Positions 37,836-46,988 of a stretch of DNA of 64,000 bases are shown here, one piece after another. Origin of the DNA: Candidatus Heimdallarchaeota archaeon (lineage in GTDB: Archaea > Asgardarchaeota > Heimdallarchaeia > JABLTI01); NCBI GenBank assembly GCA_019056785.1, contig DXJV01000029.1, positions 64,001 through 128,000 on the forward strand, written 5' to 3'. The position numbers and the translations under genes are program-made. How positions within the stretch are numbered: the first letter of the stretch is position 1; each line of letters starts with the position of its first letter. The notes beneath the pieces were generated by a model, which saw only the letters and a list, made by a program, of their open reading frames with translations, had not been told where the DNA came from and did no database searches.

Positions 37836-40685
37836 TTACATGAAAGTTAGGGCAATGCCCGGCCGTCCTGGCTCCGCCGCACGAGCTTTTGCATGATCTG
37901 ATTTGGAGGCCAACATCACGACCACTTCTTTTGCTTTGAATTCTCGTTTGTAGTACTCAAGTGCATCTGTTATAGCTGCTAGTTCTGCTCTCTGGCTAAG
38001 AGTTGAGTCGTAGCCGGGGTTTTTCATAAGTTTTTGGGCATATTTTGCAGCAGCATTGCCTGCTTTCCGGATGGTCTCCTCTTGCATTATTTTTGCAATG
38101 AGATTGTCAGGTTTTTGCCGGCGAATGGAGAGCACTTTGTACATCCATTTCGGTGCGATAAAAATCTCGATTTTTTCCAATGCTTTCTTTTGCCGTTTCT
38201 TAATAGCATTAAAAATGCCTTCAATATCTTCTCGTACATTTCGAATTAGGCGTTCTTCTTCTTCGAGTTTCTTGTTAATCAATCGTTTATTGGGCTTCGG
38301 GAAGGGTCGATGACAAGCAAAAGTCTTTGCTTTCCTGACTTTTTCATTTATTTCTTCAGCAAAATGAGGTATAATGGGGGTCATGAGGTCTACCAAAGTT
38401 AAGAGTGCGGTTCTGTAGCCCGGTCCTCGAATTGCACCGGAACGTGCTTCGTACCATTTTAAGTCATTTAAAATGTCAAAGAAGCCCGAACTAATAGCAC
38501 TTCGAGTTCGCTGATTTTGATAATGATTAGCAGTATCGGCAATGCGTGTTTGTAATTTGCTCAAAATCCAGCGGTCAATCTGTCGTTCTTCGTCCGAGAA
38601 TTTCCCCTTGGTCAATTCGTGGAAGATCATTGACATGCGTTTCTTCGCAGCTTCAACATCAGCATAACGGAAACTGGCATCCGTGTATCCTTCACCACAA
38701 TAAGCTAAACCGAACCTTGAAGCATCAGCACCAAAACGTTGGACGATTTCGTCTAAGGAGATAGTATTGCCAGCGCTTTTACTCATTTTATCACCTTCAA
38801 CTTGAATCATCCCATTAGCTTCAATTTCAAGTGGGTAGTGCCCTTTCGGAAAGACAGCCAAGTGCTGAAAGATGTAGAATGTTAAGTGGTTAAAGATCAA
38901 TTCTTTTGCACTTGCGCGATAATCAGGGGGGTAGAAATATTCGAACTCTTCTTTCATTTCTTTGATCAAAGCCATGTCCAGCCCTGATTTCTTCTGAGCT
39001 TCTTCTAAGGTTGCTTTGTTCCGGAAGATATAATCGAATAATTCATTGGGTAATTGTTCAGGAGTTAAATTGTGCTCATTAACGATACGGGCGATGGTAT
39101 AAAATGCCATGTAAATGGTACTATCTGAAAGAGTTTCCACAATCCATTCTGGGTCCCATGGCAAGGGGGTGCCTAAACCGCTCTTTCTCGCACAAGCCTT
39201 ATCTTGCAACCAATCGATGGTATATTCAAATGATTGTCGAGCTTCGGGGGGATAGATTGTCATCTTTTTCGCTAAGTGATTACGAGCCCGTTGTTTCCAT
39301 TTCTCATTGCCATATGTGATGAACCATTGATCCTTGAGAATTTTTATATGATTTTTCGTTTGACAACGGCAAATGACAGGTGAGGCGGTTTCCCACATTG
39401 AGGAGGAGATCTTTTGCGCTTTAAGATCCTTTATCAAGTGCTCTTTAATTTCACTTACTTTAATGCCGGCGTATTTGCCGCAATTTTCACGCATCACACC
39501 GGAATGGAACTCTTTCTTGTAAATTTCCTGAGTTGCTTCCTCGGTTTTAGGATCATTTTGCGTTTGGATGCCCATCTTCTCAATGATATCTTTAGCTGGG
39601 TGTTCTCCCAGTCCTTCTGTTTTAATCATAGAGATCAATTGAATATCAGCAGCAAAATCTCCAGGCAAACCGTATTTCGTAAGCATTTCTGGCTTTGTCC
39701 ACAAATCACGTAAAGCGACATAATCAAAGGGAGCATGACTGGGAACACTCATCACAACACCGGTCGTGTGATCAACCTCTACAAAAGTTGCCGGCAAAAT
39801 TTTAATGTCAACTTCTCGAATAGGAGCATGACAAGTTTTTCCAATGAGTTCTAACCCTTTGAATTTTCGAATAACTTTTACTTTATGCAGCTGATCCTCT
39901 AACTTCAAGACAGTCGGTTCTGAAACAAACCATTTCTCGCCATCGACTTCGGCTTCCACATAATCGCCATCAGGGTTTATCCACATATTAGTAACACCAA
40001 AGATGGTTTCAGGGCGTAAAGTTGCCGGGACAAGATACCCATCCTCGAAGGGGAATTTTAGTAAGATGAACTCTACAGGTGAAACGCCTTCACCTTTTAA
40101 TCGGTCGTGGTCGCCTGTGGGGCTTTGACAGTGACTGCACCAAACAACAGGGTGTGTGCCTTTTTTCACGTAACCTAATTTCCGCAGAGTTTCATATTGC
40201 CATTCGATAAACCGGCTGAAAGGGGGGCAGAGAGTAGTGGTGACAAATTCACGTCGCCAGTCAATACTCATCCCAAATTTGGTAAAAGTTTTTTTCGCCA
40301 GAATTTTGTAATAGTTTGAGATGTGGAGGGGGTCAGTGAACTTTTTCATCTCCGATTCAGGGACACCACTTTGTTTCAAGATTCGAATTTGCACTGGGTC
40401 GCCTTTCTTCACTCGTTCAGCCACGCCTTGTATGGGTTGCCCGGTCGCATGCCAGCCTTGAGCGAAAAAGACATTGTACCCCTGCATTCGTTTATAACGG
40501 GCATATACATCCACTTTCATGGAGGTATAGCCATGCCCTACATGGATCTTCCCATTAAGATAGACGATGGGGAAAGAAACCAAGAATTTCTTTCGGGATT
40601 GGTCAACATTGGCTTCGTAAATTTTCGCCTTAGCCCATCGTTTTTGCCATTTTGCTTCAACTGCAAATGCATCGTATTCGTTCAT
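37836..40685 (-). CDS. leuS: Leucyl-tRNA synthetase, archaeal/eukaryal type
   Basis: YLNGKIHVGH, ATLRPET editing domain, SVPSHAPFD, LSDSTIYMAFY, KMSKS. Confidence 0.97.
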   Translation of the reverse strand: MNEYDAFAVEAKWQKRWAKAKIYEANVDQSRKKFLVSFPIVYLNGKIHVGHGYTSMKVDVYARYKRMQGYNVFFAQGWHATGQPIQGVAERVKKGDPVQIRILKQSGVPESEMKKFTDPLHISNYYKILAKKTFTKFGMSIDWRREFVTTTLCPPFSRFIEWQYETLRKLGYVKKGTHPVVWCSHCQSPTGDHDRLKGEGVSPVEFILLKFPFEDGYLVPATLRPETIFGVTNMWINPDGDYVEAEVDGEKWFVSEPTVLKLEDQLHKVKVIRKFKGLELIGKTCHAPIREVDIKILPATFVEVDHTTGVVMSVPSHAPFDYVALRDLWTKPEMLTKYGLPGDFAADIQLISMIKTEGLGEHPAKDIIEKMGIQTQNDPKTEEATQEIYKKEFHSGVMRENCGKYAGIKVSEIKEHLIKDLKAQKISSSMWETASPVICRCQTKNHIKILKDQWFITYGNEKWKQRARNHLAKKMTIYPPEARQSFEYTIDWLQDKACARKSGLGTPLPWDPEWIVETLSDSTIYMAFYTIARIVNEHNLTPEQLPNELFDYIFRNKATLEEAQKKSGLDMALIKEMKEEFEYFYPPDYRASAKELIFNHLTFYIFQHLAVFPKGHYPLEIEANGMIQVEGDKMSKSAGNTISLDEIVQRFGADASRFGLAYCGEGYTDASFRYADVEAAKKRMSMIFHELTKGKFSDEERQIDRWILSKLQTRIADTANHYQNQRTRSAISSGFFDILNDLKWYEARSGAIRGPGYRTALLTLVDLMTPIIPHFAEEINEKVRKAKTFACHRPFPKPNKRLINKKLEEEERLIRNVREDIEGIFNAIKKRQKKALEKIEIFIAPKWMYKVLSIRRQKPDNLIAKIMQEETIRKAGNAAAKYAQKLMKNPGYDSTLSQRAELAAITDALEYYKREFKAKEVVVMLASKSDHAKARAAEPGRPGIALTFM

Positions 40686-40814
40686 TTTCTCTTTAGACTC
40701 CTTTACATCGACTGTTTTCTATTGATTCTTCCGAGGAATTAGCTGCTTGTAAACAAATGGAGGTATAGCACAAATTCGCTTTAAAATTCTTCTGACTAGC
40801 AATGAAATGCCCTC

Positions 40815-40904
40815 TCAGGGGGGGTGAAGAAACAAAGATTGTCTGAGACTCATACCACGAGCCAGTAGAACTAACAGTAAAACTGGCAGGATAGTGACAA
40901 ACAT
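40815..40904 (-). promoter_or_regulatory. Candidate Leu-rich upstream ORF/leader peptide of leuS (MFVTILPVLLLVLLARGMSLRQSLFLHPP)
   Basis: ATG 40904 to TGA 40815; 9 of 29 codons are Leu; overlaps the hairpin gccagt...actggc. Confidence 0.3.
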
Positions 40905-41204
40905 CGGCGCGTGGAGAAGAAAAAGCAATTCGGGCAATCATGCCTTCTTTCCAATAACTAAAACGAGAAGAGAATCTGTTATTAGGTAAGAAGAACACTA
41001 TTCCTCATTTAAAATTCCTCGAATTATTCTACCCACCTATTCTTTTAAAGGTTTCTTAATTTCTGTGAGTAGGTTGAGCGGTAAAAAAAAGGGTCGAACC
41101 AGAAGAGAAAAACTGAAGAAAATTTGCCGAAAAAAGGATGTTTTAATATGGAAGATGAGCTGTTTAGTTAAACCCTACAGTTTGGAAAGGAGTTTGTAGA
41201 CAAA

Positions 41205-41945
41205 ATGCTTGTTGATATGCATATCCACACCAATGTTAGCTATGACTCAAAAATCAAAGTAGGGTTGCTAGTACGTAAGTTGAAAGAATTGCGAATTGCT
41301 GGATGTGCAATCACAGATCATAACTCTTTGGATGCAATTGCAAAAGCAAAGGAAATAGGGAAAAAATACAACATCAAAATCTTCGCCGGTGTGGAAATAT
41401 CAACACGAGAAGGGCATATTTTGGCCTATGGACTGACTGAGCGACCACCGGACCATCGCGCTGTTGCTGAAACAATCGAATGGGTGCATGAGCATGGAGG
41501 AGTTACTTGTTGTGCTCACCCTTTCAGAAAATACGAACATAGTGTAGGGGATAATGTCTACCATTATCATTTTGATGCGATCGAAATCAACGGCAGGAGC
41601 TTTTTCTCCCAAAACAGAGCAGCAGAACTGGCTAGCAAATTAATGAACGTAAGCTTAATTGGTGGAAGCGATGCTCATTACCTCCAAAAAGTTGGTAGAG
41701 TGACGACAAACTTCTACGACGAGATCGAAACTGAAGATCAATTAATCGAAGCAATCAGGAAAGGAGCATGTGAAGTACAATATGACATACAAAAAAGCTA
41801 CAAACCAGAGCTAATACAGGCGATACCAAAAGACGAACTAAACATACTGGAGAGGTTTATAGAAATAAGAAGAGAACCACAAGCAGCAATCATTGAATCG
41901 GTCGGGAAACGGATACGCTTTATCGATGCCAACTTGCAGAAATAA
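41205..41945 (+). CDS. PHP domain phosphoesterase
   Basis: DMHIHT, AITDHN, GVEIST..GH, AHP, GGSDAH. Confidence 0.93.
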   Translation: MLVDMHIHTNVSYDSKIKVGLLVRKLKELRIAGCAITDHNSLDAIAKAKEIGKKYNIKIFAGVEISTREGHILAYGLTERPPDHRAVAETIEWVHEHGGVTCCAHPFRKYEHSVGDNVYHYHFDAIEINGRSFFSQNRAAELASKLMNVSLIGGSDAHYLQKVGRVTTNFYDEIETEDQLIEAIRKGACEVQYDIQKSYKPELIQAIPKDELNILERFIEIRREPQAAIIESVGKRIRFIDANLQK

Positions 41946-42017
41946 TGGCACTCACAAACAATAAAAAAACGCCTTTTTCTATTTAAAAAAGAGTAATGCA
42001 AGATATACCACATTTTG

Positions 42018-42031
42018 CGAAAGCTTTAAAA
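42018..42031 (+). promoter_or_regulatory. BRE/TATA promoter of tRNA-Gly
   Basis: cgaaagc-TTTAAAA ending about 30 nt upstream of the tRNA 5' end. Confidence 0.6.
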
Positions 42032-42062
42032 TAAGAAGTTAAAAAAGGAAATTCAGAACATT

Positions 42063-42137
42063 GCACCGATAGTCTAGTGGCTAGGACCCATGCCTGCCTA
42101 GTATGGAACGCGGGTTCGAATCCCGCTCGGTGCACCA
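42063..42137 (+). tRNA. tRNA-Gly(GCC), CCA encoded
   Basis: Cloverleaf: acceptor GCACCGA/TCGGTGC, D-stem GTCT/GGAC, anticodon stem CATGC/GTATG with loop CT-GCC-TA, T-arm GCGGG-TTCGAAT-CCCGC, ACCA. Confidence 0.93.
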
Positions 42138-42519
42138 CAATTATTTTCTCGCCCCATCTTTTTTGTCAGCAATTTTTTTAGTCGACTCAGCTTAAAGCAT
42201 GAATTAAATGAACCAACCGCGATAGAAAAATTCTCAGAATAAAGGGCTGGTAATCCGAAAACAAGGTAAATTATCCCCAAAGCAAATAGAATGAAGAGAA
42301 GAAAAACATTGTTTCTGTCTTGATTTACAAGTCATTTTCGATTAAGAAAACAGCTAAAAATACAAGCAGTTTAAGACAATCGTCTTTTATTAGAATTATA
42401 AATCAAATAGAAAGACTTCATAAACTGAAAGATAATGAAATAGAGGGTCATTGTAGCTATACGTTTGGAAATAGAAAAAAAGCCAGCCATAGAGTAGATC
42501 TAGGCTTGGCAATTAGGCG

Positions 42520-43845
42520 TTATTTATTTAGAATAATGTCCCTCAAAATTTTCTCTTTTTTCTTATTTTGTCTCCTAGTATAAATGATTGGCAGAATGAA
42601 AATCGACCCAATTATGGTAATGTAAACTATTGTTTTGATATATGGCATCCAATACCCAGGAGGTTTACCACTATAGAAAGTCAGATTTAGAATACAGATC
42701 CCGTCTATAAAGGTTTGCAAATAGATATAACTTTCATGCGAAAAAACACCAACAGCACAACTAGAGGCCACTAAATTCTGTTCTAATAATTTTGGTTTAG
42801 AAGGGTCACTAGCATCGAGAACATAAAAACCGTTCATATCGGTTGCTTCGAAAACATATTTCCCATTGACAGCAATATCCCAAATATTTTCAGTCGTATA
42901 ACGATAACCTACTGGATAATCCTTTTCCCCATAATAATGACCGATTCTTATGGGGCTGGTGCTGTTTTTTGTGATATCAAGTATAAAGAGACCGTGACAC
43001 CCGGTGCCAAGATATACATATGAACCATTTATTGTGACACTAAACCCATATATGTCTGTATACATCTTATCTTCAAAATAGCCAACAATAACAGGATTTA
43101 GAGGATCACTTATGTTAATAATCTTTAGAGGAGGGCCTGTATTATCTGTCACATAAGCAAGGGAACCCTTAATTGCAAGATCCCAAACTTCCCCAAATAT
43201 ATCAAATTGTTCAACCATTATAGGTTGAGTTGGATCACTGATATTAACAATGACTAACCCGCCTCTATGAGCAGCTAAGTAAGCATAGTCACCTTGAAGA
43301 GCAATAGTTTGAACATTACCGGGAGTAGGACAGTGTCCTATGAACGTGATATTTTCAAGATCACTGATATTTAGGATCGTTAAGCCAGTTTTACCAGCAA
43401 CATACAAGTAGTTATCTCGTAAAGCGAGGGTTTCCAGACTATAATTGTCAAAAGAATACTCTGCAACAAATGTTGGTGAAGCCGGATTACTCACATCAAT
43501 TATTGTAGGGTTACGCCCGATAATGCTAAAGATGTAGTTATCTTGCATGGCAAATCCCAAGCCTCTTTTTACTTCATCAGGGGGGTAATATGCTAGCAAT
43601 GTAGATACAGTATAGTCATTAATTTGCATAGGCGGGTCAACTTTTGGATTAATGGCTCGTTGGAAATTATTCACTGTCAAAGGCGGAGCTGTAAAAATAG
43701 GCACTATTGAAAAAGTCATTACTAAAAGGAGAAAAACGGAACAGAAGATAGAAGTGATTTTTGTCAAAGAAAAAAGGATACTTATCGAACAAAAATTTCT
43801 GTTCTTGGTTAAGCGATTTTTTTTATTTGTCATTTTTTCTCCCAT
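42520..43845 (-). CDS. LVIVD-repeat beta-propeller surface protein with N-terminal signal/TM and C-terminal TM anchor
   Basis: Repeated YxYVA..GL.I.(D/N)ISDP..P units; C-terminal TM followed by basic tail. Confidence 0.9.
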   Translation of the reverse strand: MGEKMTNKKNRLTKNRNFCSISILFSLTKITSIFCSVFLLLVMTFSIVPIFTAPPLTVNNFQRAINPKVDPPMQINDYTVSTLLAYYPPDEVKRGLGFAMQDNYIFSIIGRNPTIIDVSNPASPTFVAEYSFDNYSLETLALRDNYLYVAGKTGLTILNISDLENITFIGHCPTPGNVQTIALQGDYAYLAAHRGGLVIVNISDPTQPIMVEQFDIFGEVWDLAIKGSLAYVTDNTGPPLKIINISDPLNPVIVGYFEDKMYTDIYGFSVTINGSYVYLGTGCHGLFILDITKNSTSPIRIGHYYGEKDYPVGYRYTTENIWDIAVNGKYVFEATDMNGFYVLDASDPSKPKLLEQNLVASSCAVGVFSHESYIYLQTFIDGICILNLTFYSGKPPGYWMPYIKTIVYITIIGSIFILPIIYTRRQNKKKEKILRDIILNK

Positions 43846-44208
43846 TTTATTATCAACTAGAACTTAAAGATAAAAACATATTTAGTTAAAAATAAATAAG
43901 TTCGAATATATTTTTATACCTTTGCTTTTCTTAAAACAATAGACACTTTTGTAGAAGAAAAAAACAATGGGAAAAATAAAGAATGCTTCTTCTCTCCTCT
44001 TTTACCTTAAACAAAACAATCTACTGTAATTGGGGGTCTTTTGCTGAAATTTCTTTTCAGAAAGATGAATTAAAAATTAGAGATACCAAAAATTCGTTAG
44101 GAATAACTACCACAAAATTAGGGGAACTTCTCAGAACAGATTATATACAATAAAAGTAACATTTAAAAAACAAAACAAACAGCACAACACTGGATGAGAA
44201 CTAACATT

Positions 44209-44314
44209 GGGCGTATGGCTCAGCCAGGTAGAGCGGAGGACTCTTAAGAGAAAAAGAGGTTCTTCACTCAGAAATATCCTTAAGTCGGGGGTTCGAATCC
44301 CCCTACGCCTACCA
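44209..44314 (+). tRNA. tRNA-Lys(CTT) with 29-nt intron at canonical position 37/38 (44247-44275), CCA encoded
   Basis: GGGCGTA/TACGCCT acceptor, GCTC/GAGC D-stem, GAGGA/TCCTT anticodon stem, CTT at 44243-45, GGGGG-TTCGAAT-CCCCC; relaxed bulge-helix-bulge motif. Confidence 0.93.
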
Positions 44315-44457
44315 TTTCTTCTCTTTCTAATGTTTTATTTGCTCATGATAAAAATAGAAGAAAATTGACCGTTTGTTTTTTTAAGAAAACTTTTTCTTTC
44401 GAGAAGGCGATAGTTTAGTAATGAATAAGCACGCAGTTGTTTAGGAGTTTCTTACTA

Positions 44458-44682
44458 ATGGTTGAGCCTAAATGTCCGGAATGCGGCAACAATGAATTTG
44501 AGTATCGTTATATTTTTCCCGAAGGGAAAACGCAGGAGTGGAAAGAGCGGAGGATCCAGTTTAAAGCCGACGGTCGTAATGACCAATGGATTGAAGACAT
44601 TAAGAAGCAATTCAATGAAGCGCATCCTTGTGCCATTGTTTTTTGCACTAAGTGTGGTCATATTATTGGTGCCGCCAAATAA
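44458..44682 (+). CDS. Small zinc-ribbon protein
   Basis: CPECG...CTKCG; ATG 44458 preceded by AGGAG. Confidence 0.75.
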   Translation: MVEPKCPECGNNEFEYRYIFPEGKTQEWKERRIQFKADGRNDQWIEDIKKQFNEAHPCAIVFCTKCGHIIGAAK

Positions 44683-44809
44683 ATTATGCTTTCATGTTAT
44701 GCTAACGTTATCACATCACCTTTCAGCCTCTTCTCTTTTACGTTATTTTCATTTTACCACAAGAGATAAAAAGAGGGGAACAGCCTAAAGTTCTTTAGAA
44801 GTAGAAAAA

Positions 44810-45355
44810 ATGCAGGAGGAAAATCCAACGCCCTCTGAGAAAGTTGCTGCTCTGCGGCAATTCTTTGTTTCACCACCCCCGAAAAAAGGCAAACATCATC
44901 GTATTCTTGTTTTTGGTACTTTTGATATTATTCATCCTGCTCATTTACGCTTTCTTACTGAAGCCCGAGTTGCGACAAACTGTCCTGACTGTGAGCTTGT
45001 TGTCGTTCTTTCACGTGACAGCTCCATCGAGCGCATTAAAGGCCGGAAACCCATTTTTAGTGAAGAGCAACGCTTAAAACTCATCAGTGGCTTACGGCTG
45101 GTAGATTATGCCTGCTTGGGCAATGAAGGAACGGACCATTTCCGAATCATCCTTGATATTGAACCGGATTACATCGTCCTTGGTTATGACCAGCTTCTGG
45201 AGGAACGGCCATTACTCGAGTTCATTCAACGGCATCAACTCCAAACAAAGGTTCTACGATTACCGAAATTTGAGAGTGGGGACCTCTGTAGCTCTTCTGA
45301 AGTGCGGAAAAAAGTCCTTCAAATGTATAACTCGGAAAAAGAAAAAGCAATTTAA
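44810..45355 (+). CDS. ribL: Archaeal FAD synthetase-like cytidyltransferase family protein
   Basis: FGTFDIIHPAH, VVVLSRD, EEQR, PDYIVLGYDQ, SSS. Confidence 0.8.
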   Translation: MQEENPTPSEKVAALRQFFVSPPPKKGKHHRILVFGTFDIIHPAHLRFLTEARVATNCPDCELVVVLSRDSSIERIKGRKPIFSEEQRLKLISGLRLVDYACLGNEGTDHFRIILDIEPDYIVLGYDQLLEERPLLEFIQRHQLQTKVLRLPKFESGDLCSSSEVRKKVLQMYNSEKEKAI

Positions 45356-45501
45356 CGGAAGTCTAATTAAAAGTAATTTTTCTATGCTTTAGAATTACCT
45401 CAATCTTTTTTTTATCAGCATGAGTCTAATTTCCTGTTTAGGAGGTTGTTACCATCACTTGCACTTTTTCTTTTTTTCCCATTTGCCCTATAATGGAAAT
45501 G

Positions 45502-46845
45502 TTAGTCCAATATATCGCTTGGGATTTTCAGGTTGCTGAGTTGCTTGAATTCTCTTTTTTCGAAATTGGCGATCTTTTTCAGAAGATTTTTCCTATCTTC
45601 GTTTGTTATGATACACTCATCGCTTTGAGCATATTCTGCCAATTCGTTGAGTAAGCTTTGATACTCTTCAATTAAATGTTCGTCATTAGCATAATTACCT
45701 TCAATCGATAGTTCTTTTAGGAGTTCAATAATTGGTTTATCTTTCTTAGTAATTTCACCAATTATGAAGGCATCACGATCGAGAGGATTATTATGTTGAT
45801 AGAAGCGCTCAATGATTGCTATATTATCATCCACTTCTCGAGCAGTAATACGTTTCTCTTTTATGGAATTCCGTAGCATCAGATAGGGTAGGGTCAGAGC
45901 ATATTCACCGAGTTTTGAAAAATCACCAATACGCCAGAGCTTTGGTGGTCGAAATGTGGAACCAGTGCGTTCAATATATCCTTCATGCAAGACCTCCAGT
46001 AGCGATTTTCCGAGATGATCCTTTTGTGAGAGTATCTCTTCGGCTGTCACTTCTTGTAAATAATTCTCAGAATAGAGATACGAATCGATGTTTTTTGCGA
46101 AAGAAGAAGTGATAACATCAATGCTACTCACCACCGGATAGTAGTAATTTGCCTGTGAAATGCCATGGGTTGCAACCATCAAATTCCAGTAAAATGTTGA
46201 ACCTTCTGTGGTCTTAATTTCGCTCCAATAATTCTTTAAATTCTCGTTTAAGAGGTCTTGGTAGGCACTAAATTGGGGCCCGCCATTTACGATAATATGT
46301 AATGCCATCTTCCGCTCGTCTAAAATATTTTTCTTGAACAACTCTGCATGCCCGCAGCTTTTATTTTTTATTAACCAATTTAGCGCCAAATATTCTATTA
46401 CTGTTTTAAGGAAGGTTTCTACAAAGAGTTTTGGATATTGGTATCGTAATTGAAGGGCTTTACTGACATATTGCCAATTTGATGAATCAAGGGTTTTTCC
46501 CAGTTCATAAAGTTTTTTCCCTTCAAGAATAGAGGTTTCTTGAAGGAGTTTAAATTGCTCTTTTGGCTCGAGTCTAAAAAGAGTCATTTTTATTGAATCA
46601 TTTCGCAATAAACTTGCGAAAAATTTCTTAGCGAGTCTATTATCCAATTTGTTTTTTCCTTTCGTTTTTGCTTCCATTGGCATACCAATTAAATTGACAA
46701 TGTGTTCCGAATTTAGCAAATTGTGTATTAAAAGTTTAATTTCATTTTCTTTTTCAATAGATAAAACACCGACAACAATGTCTTTTCCGATTTTCCCAGC
46801 TTCCGCAACTCCCAAACTTAAATTGCAGTCTATATTTTCGCTCAA
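45502..46845 (-). CDS. RNase HII-fold protein with substituted catalytic acids and a C-terminal extension
   Basis: LGVAEAGK (cf. GVDEAGR), IIVNG (cf. xxDG), ANYYYPVVSS (cf. ADxxYPVVSAAS). Confidence 0.55.
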   Translation of the reverse strand: MSENIDCNLSLGVAEAGKIGKDIVVGVLSIEKENEIKLLIHNLLNSEHIVNLIGMPMEAKTKGKNKLDNRLAKKFFASLLRNDSIKMTLFRLEPKEQFKLLQETSILEGKKLYELGKTLDSSNWQYVSKALQLRYQYPKLFVETFLKTVIEYLALNWLIKNKSCGHAELFKKNILDERKMALHIIVNGGPQFSAYQDLLNENLKNYWSEIKTTEGSTFYWNLMVATHGISQANYYYPVVSSIDVITSSFAKNIDSYLYSENYLQEVTAEEILSQKDHLGKSLLEVLHEGYIERTGSTFRPPKLWRIGDFSKLGEYALTLPYLMLRNSIKEKRITAREVDDNIAIIERFYQHNNPLDRDAFIIGEITKKDKPIIELLKELSIEGNYANDEHLIEEYQSLLNELAEYAQSDECIITNEDRKNLLKKIANFEKREFKQLSNLKIPSDILD

Positions 46846-46988
46846 AGTTTGACCCTCTCCAGGAGGATAACTGCTATTTTAAATGCTTTTTAAATTACTA
46901 AATACGCTCTTTTCTTTATTAGTATTCTTCTCAAAAGAGCGTTTCATTATGGAAAAAATGGTGCGGGGAGCGGTTTTGATAAGAAAGA

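Noticed and set aside
40693-40998. 101-aa ORF upstream of leuS as a real gene
   Set aside because: GTG start, Ser/Phe-rich composition with no motif; could be real but cannot be supported.
40690-41030. RNase P RNA or SRP RNA in the long leuS-PHP intergenic region
   Set aside because: Size fits, but no GAGGAAAGUCC / ACAGAA..CGGCU P4 elements and no SRP helix-8 motif on either strand.
42089-42106. Amber-suppressor or pyrrolysine tRNA reading of the CTA triplet near the anticodon
   Set aside because: Stem pairing centres the 7-nt loop on GCC; CTA is off-centre and the body looks like tRNA-Gly.
42063-44314. Integrated provirus or mobile element at the tRNA genes
   Set aside because: No duplicated tRNA 3' end, integrase or transposase seen in the window.
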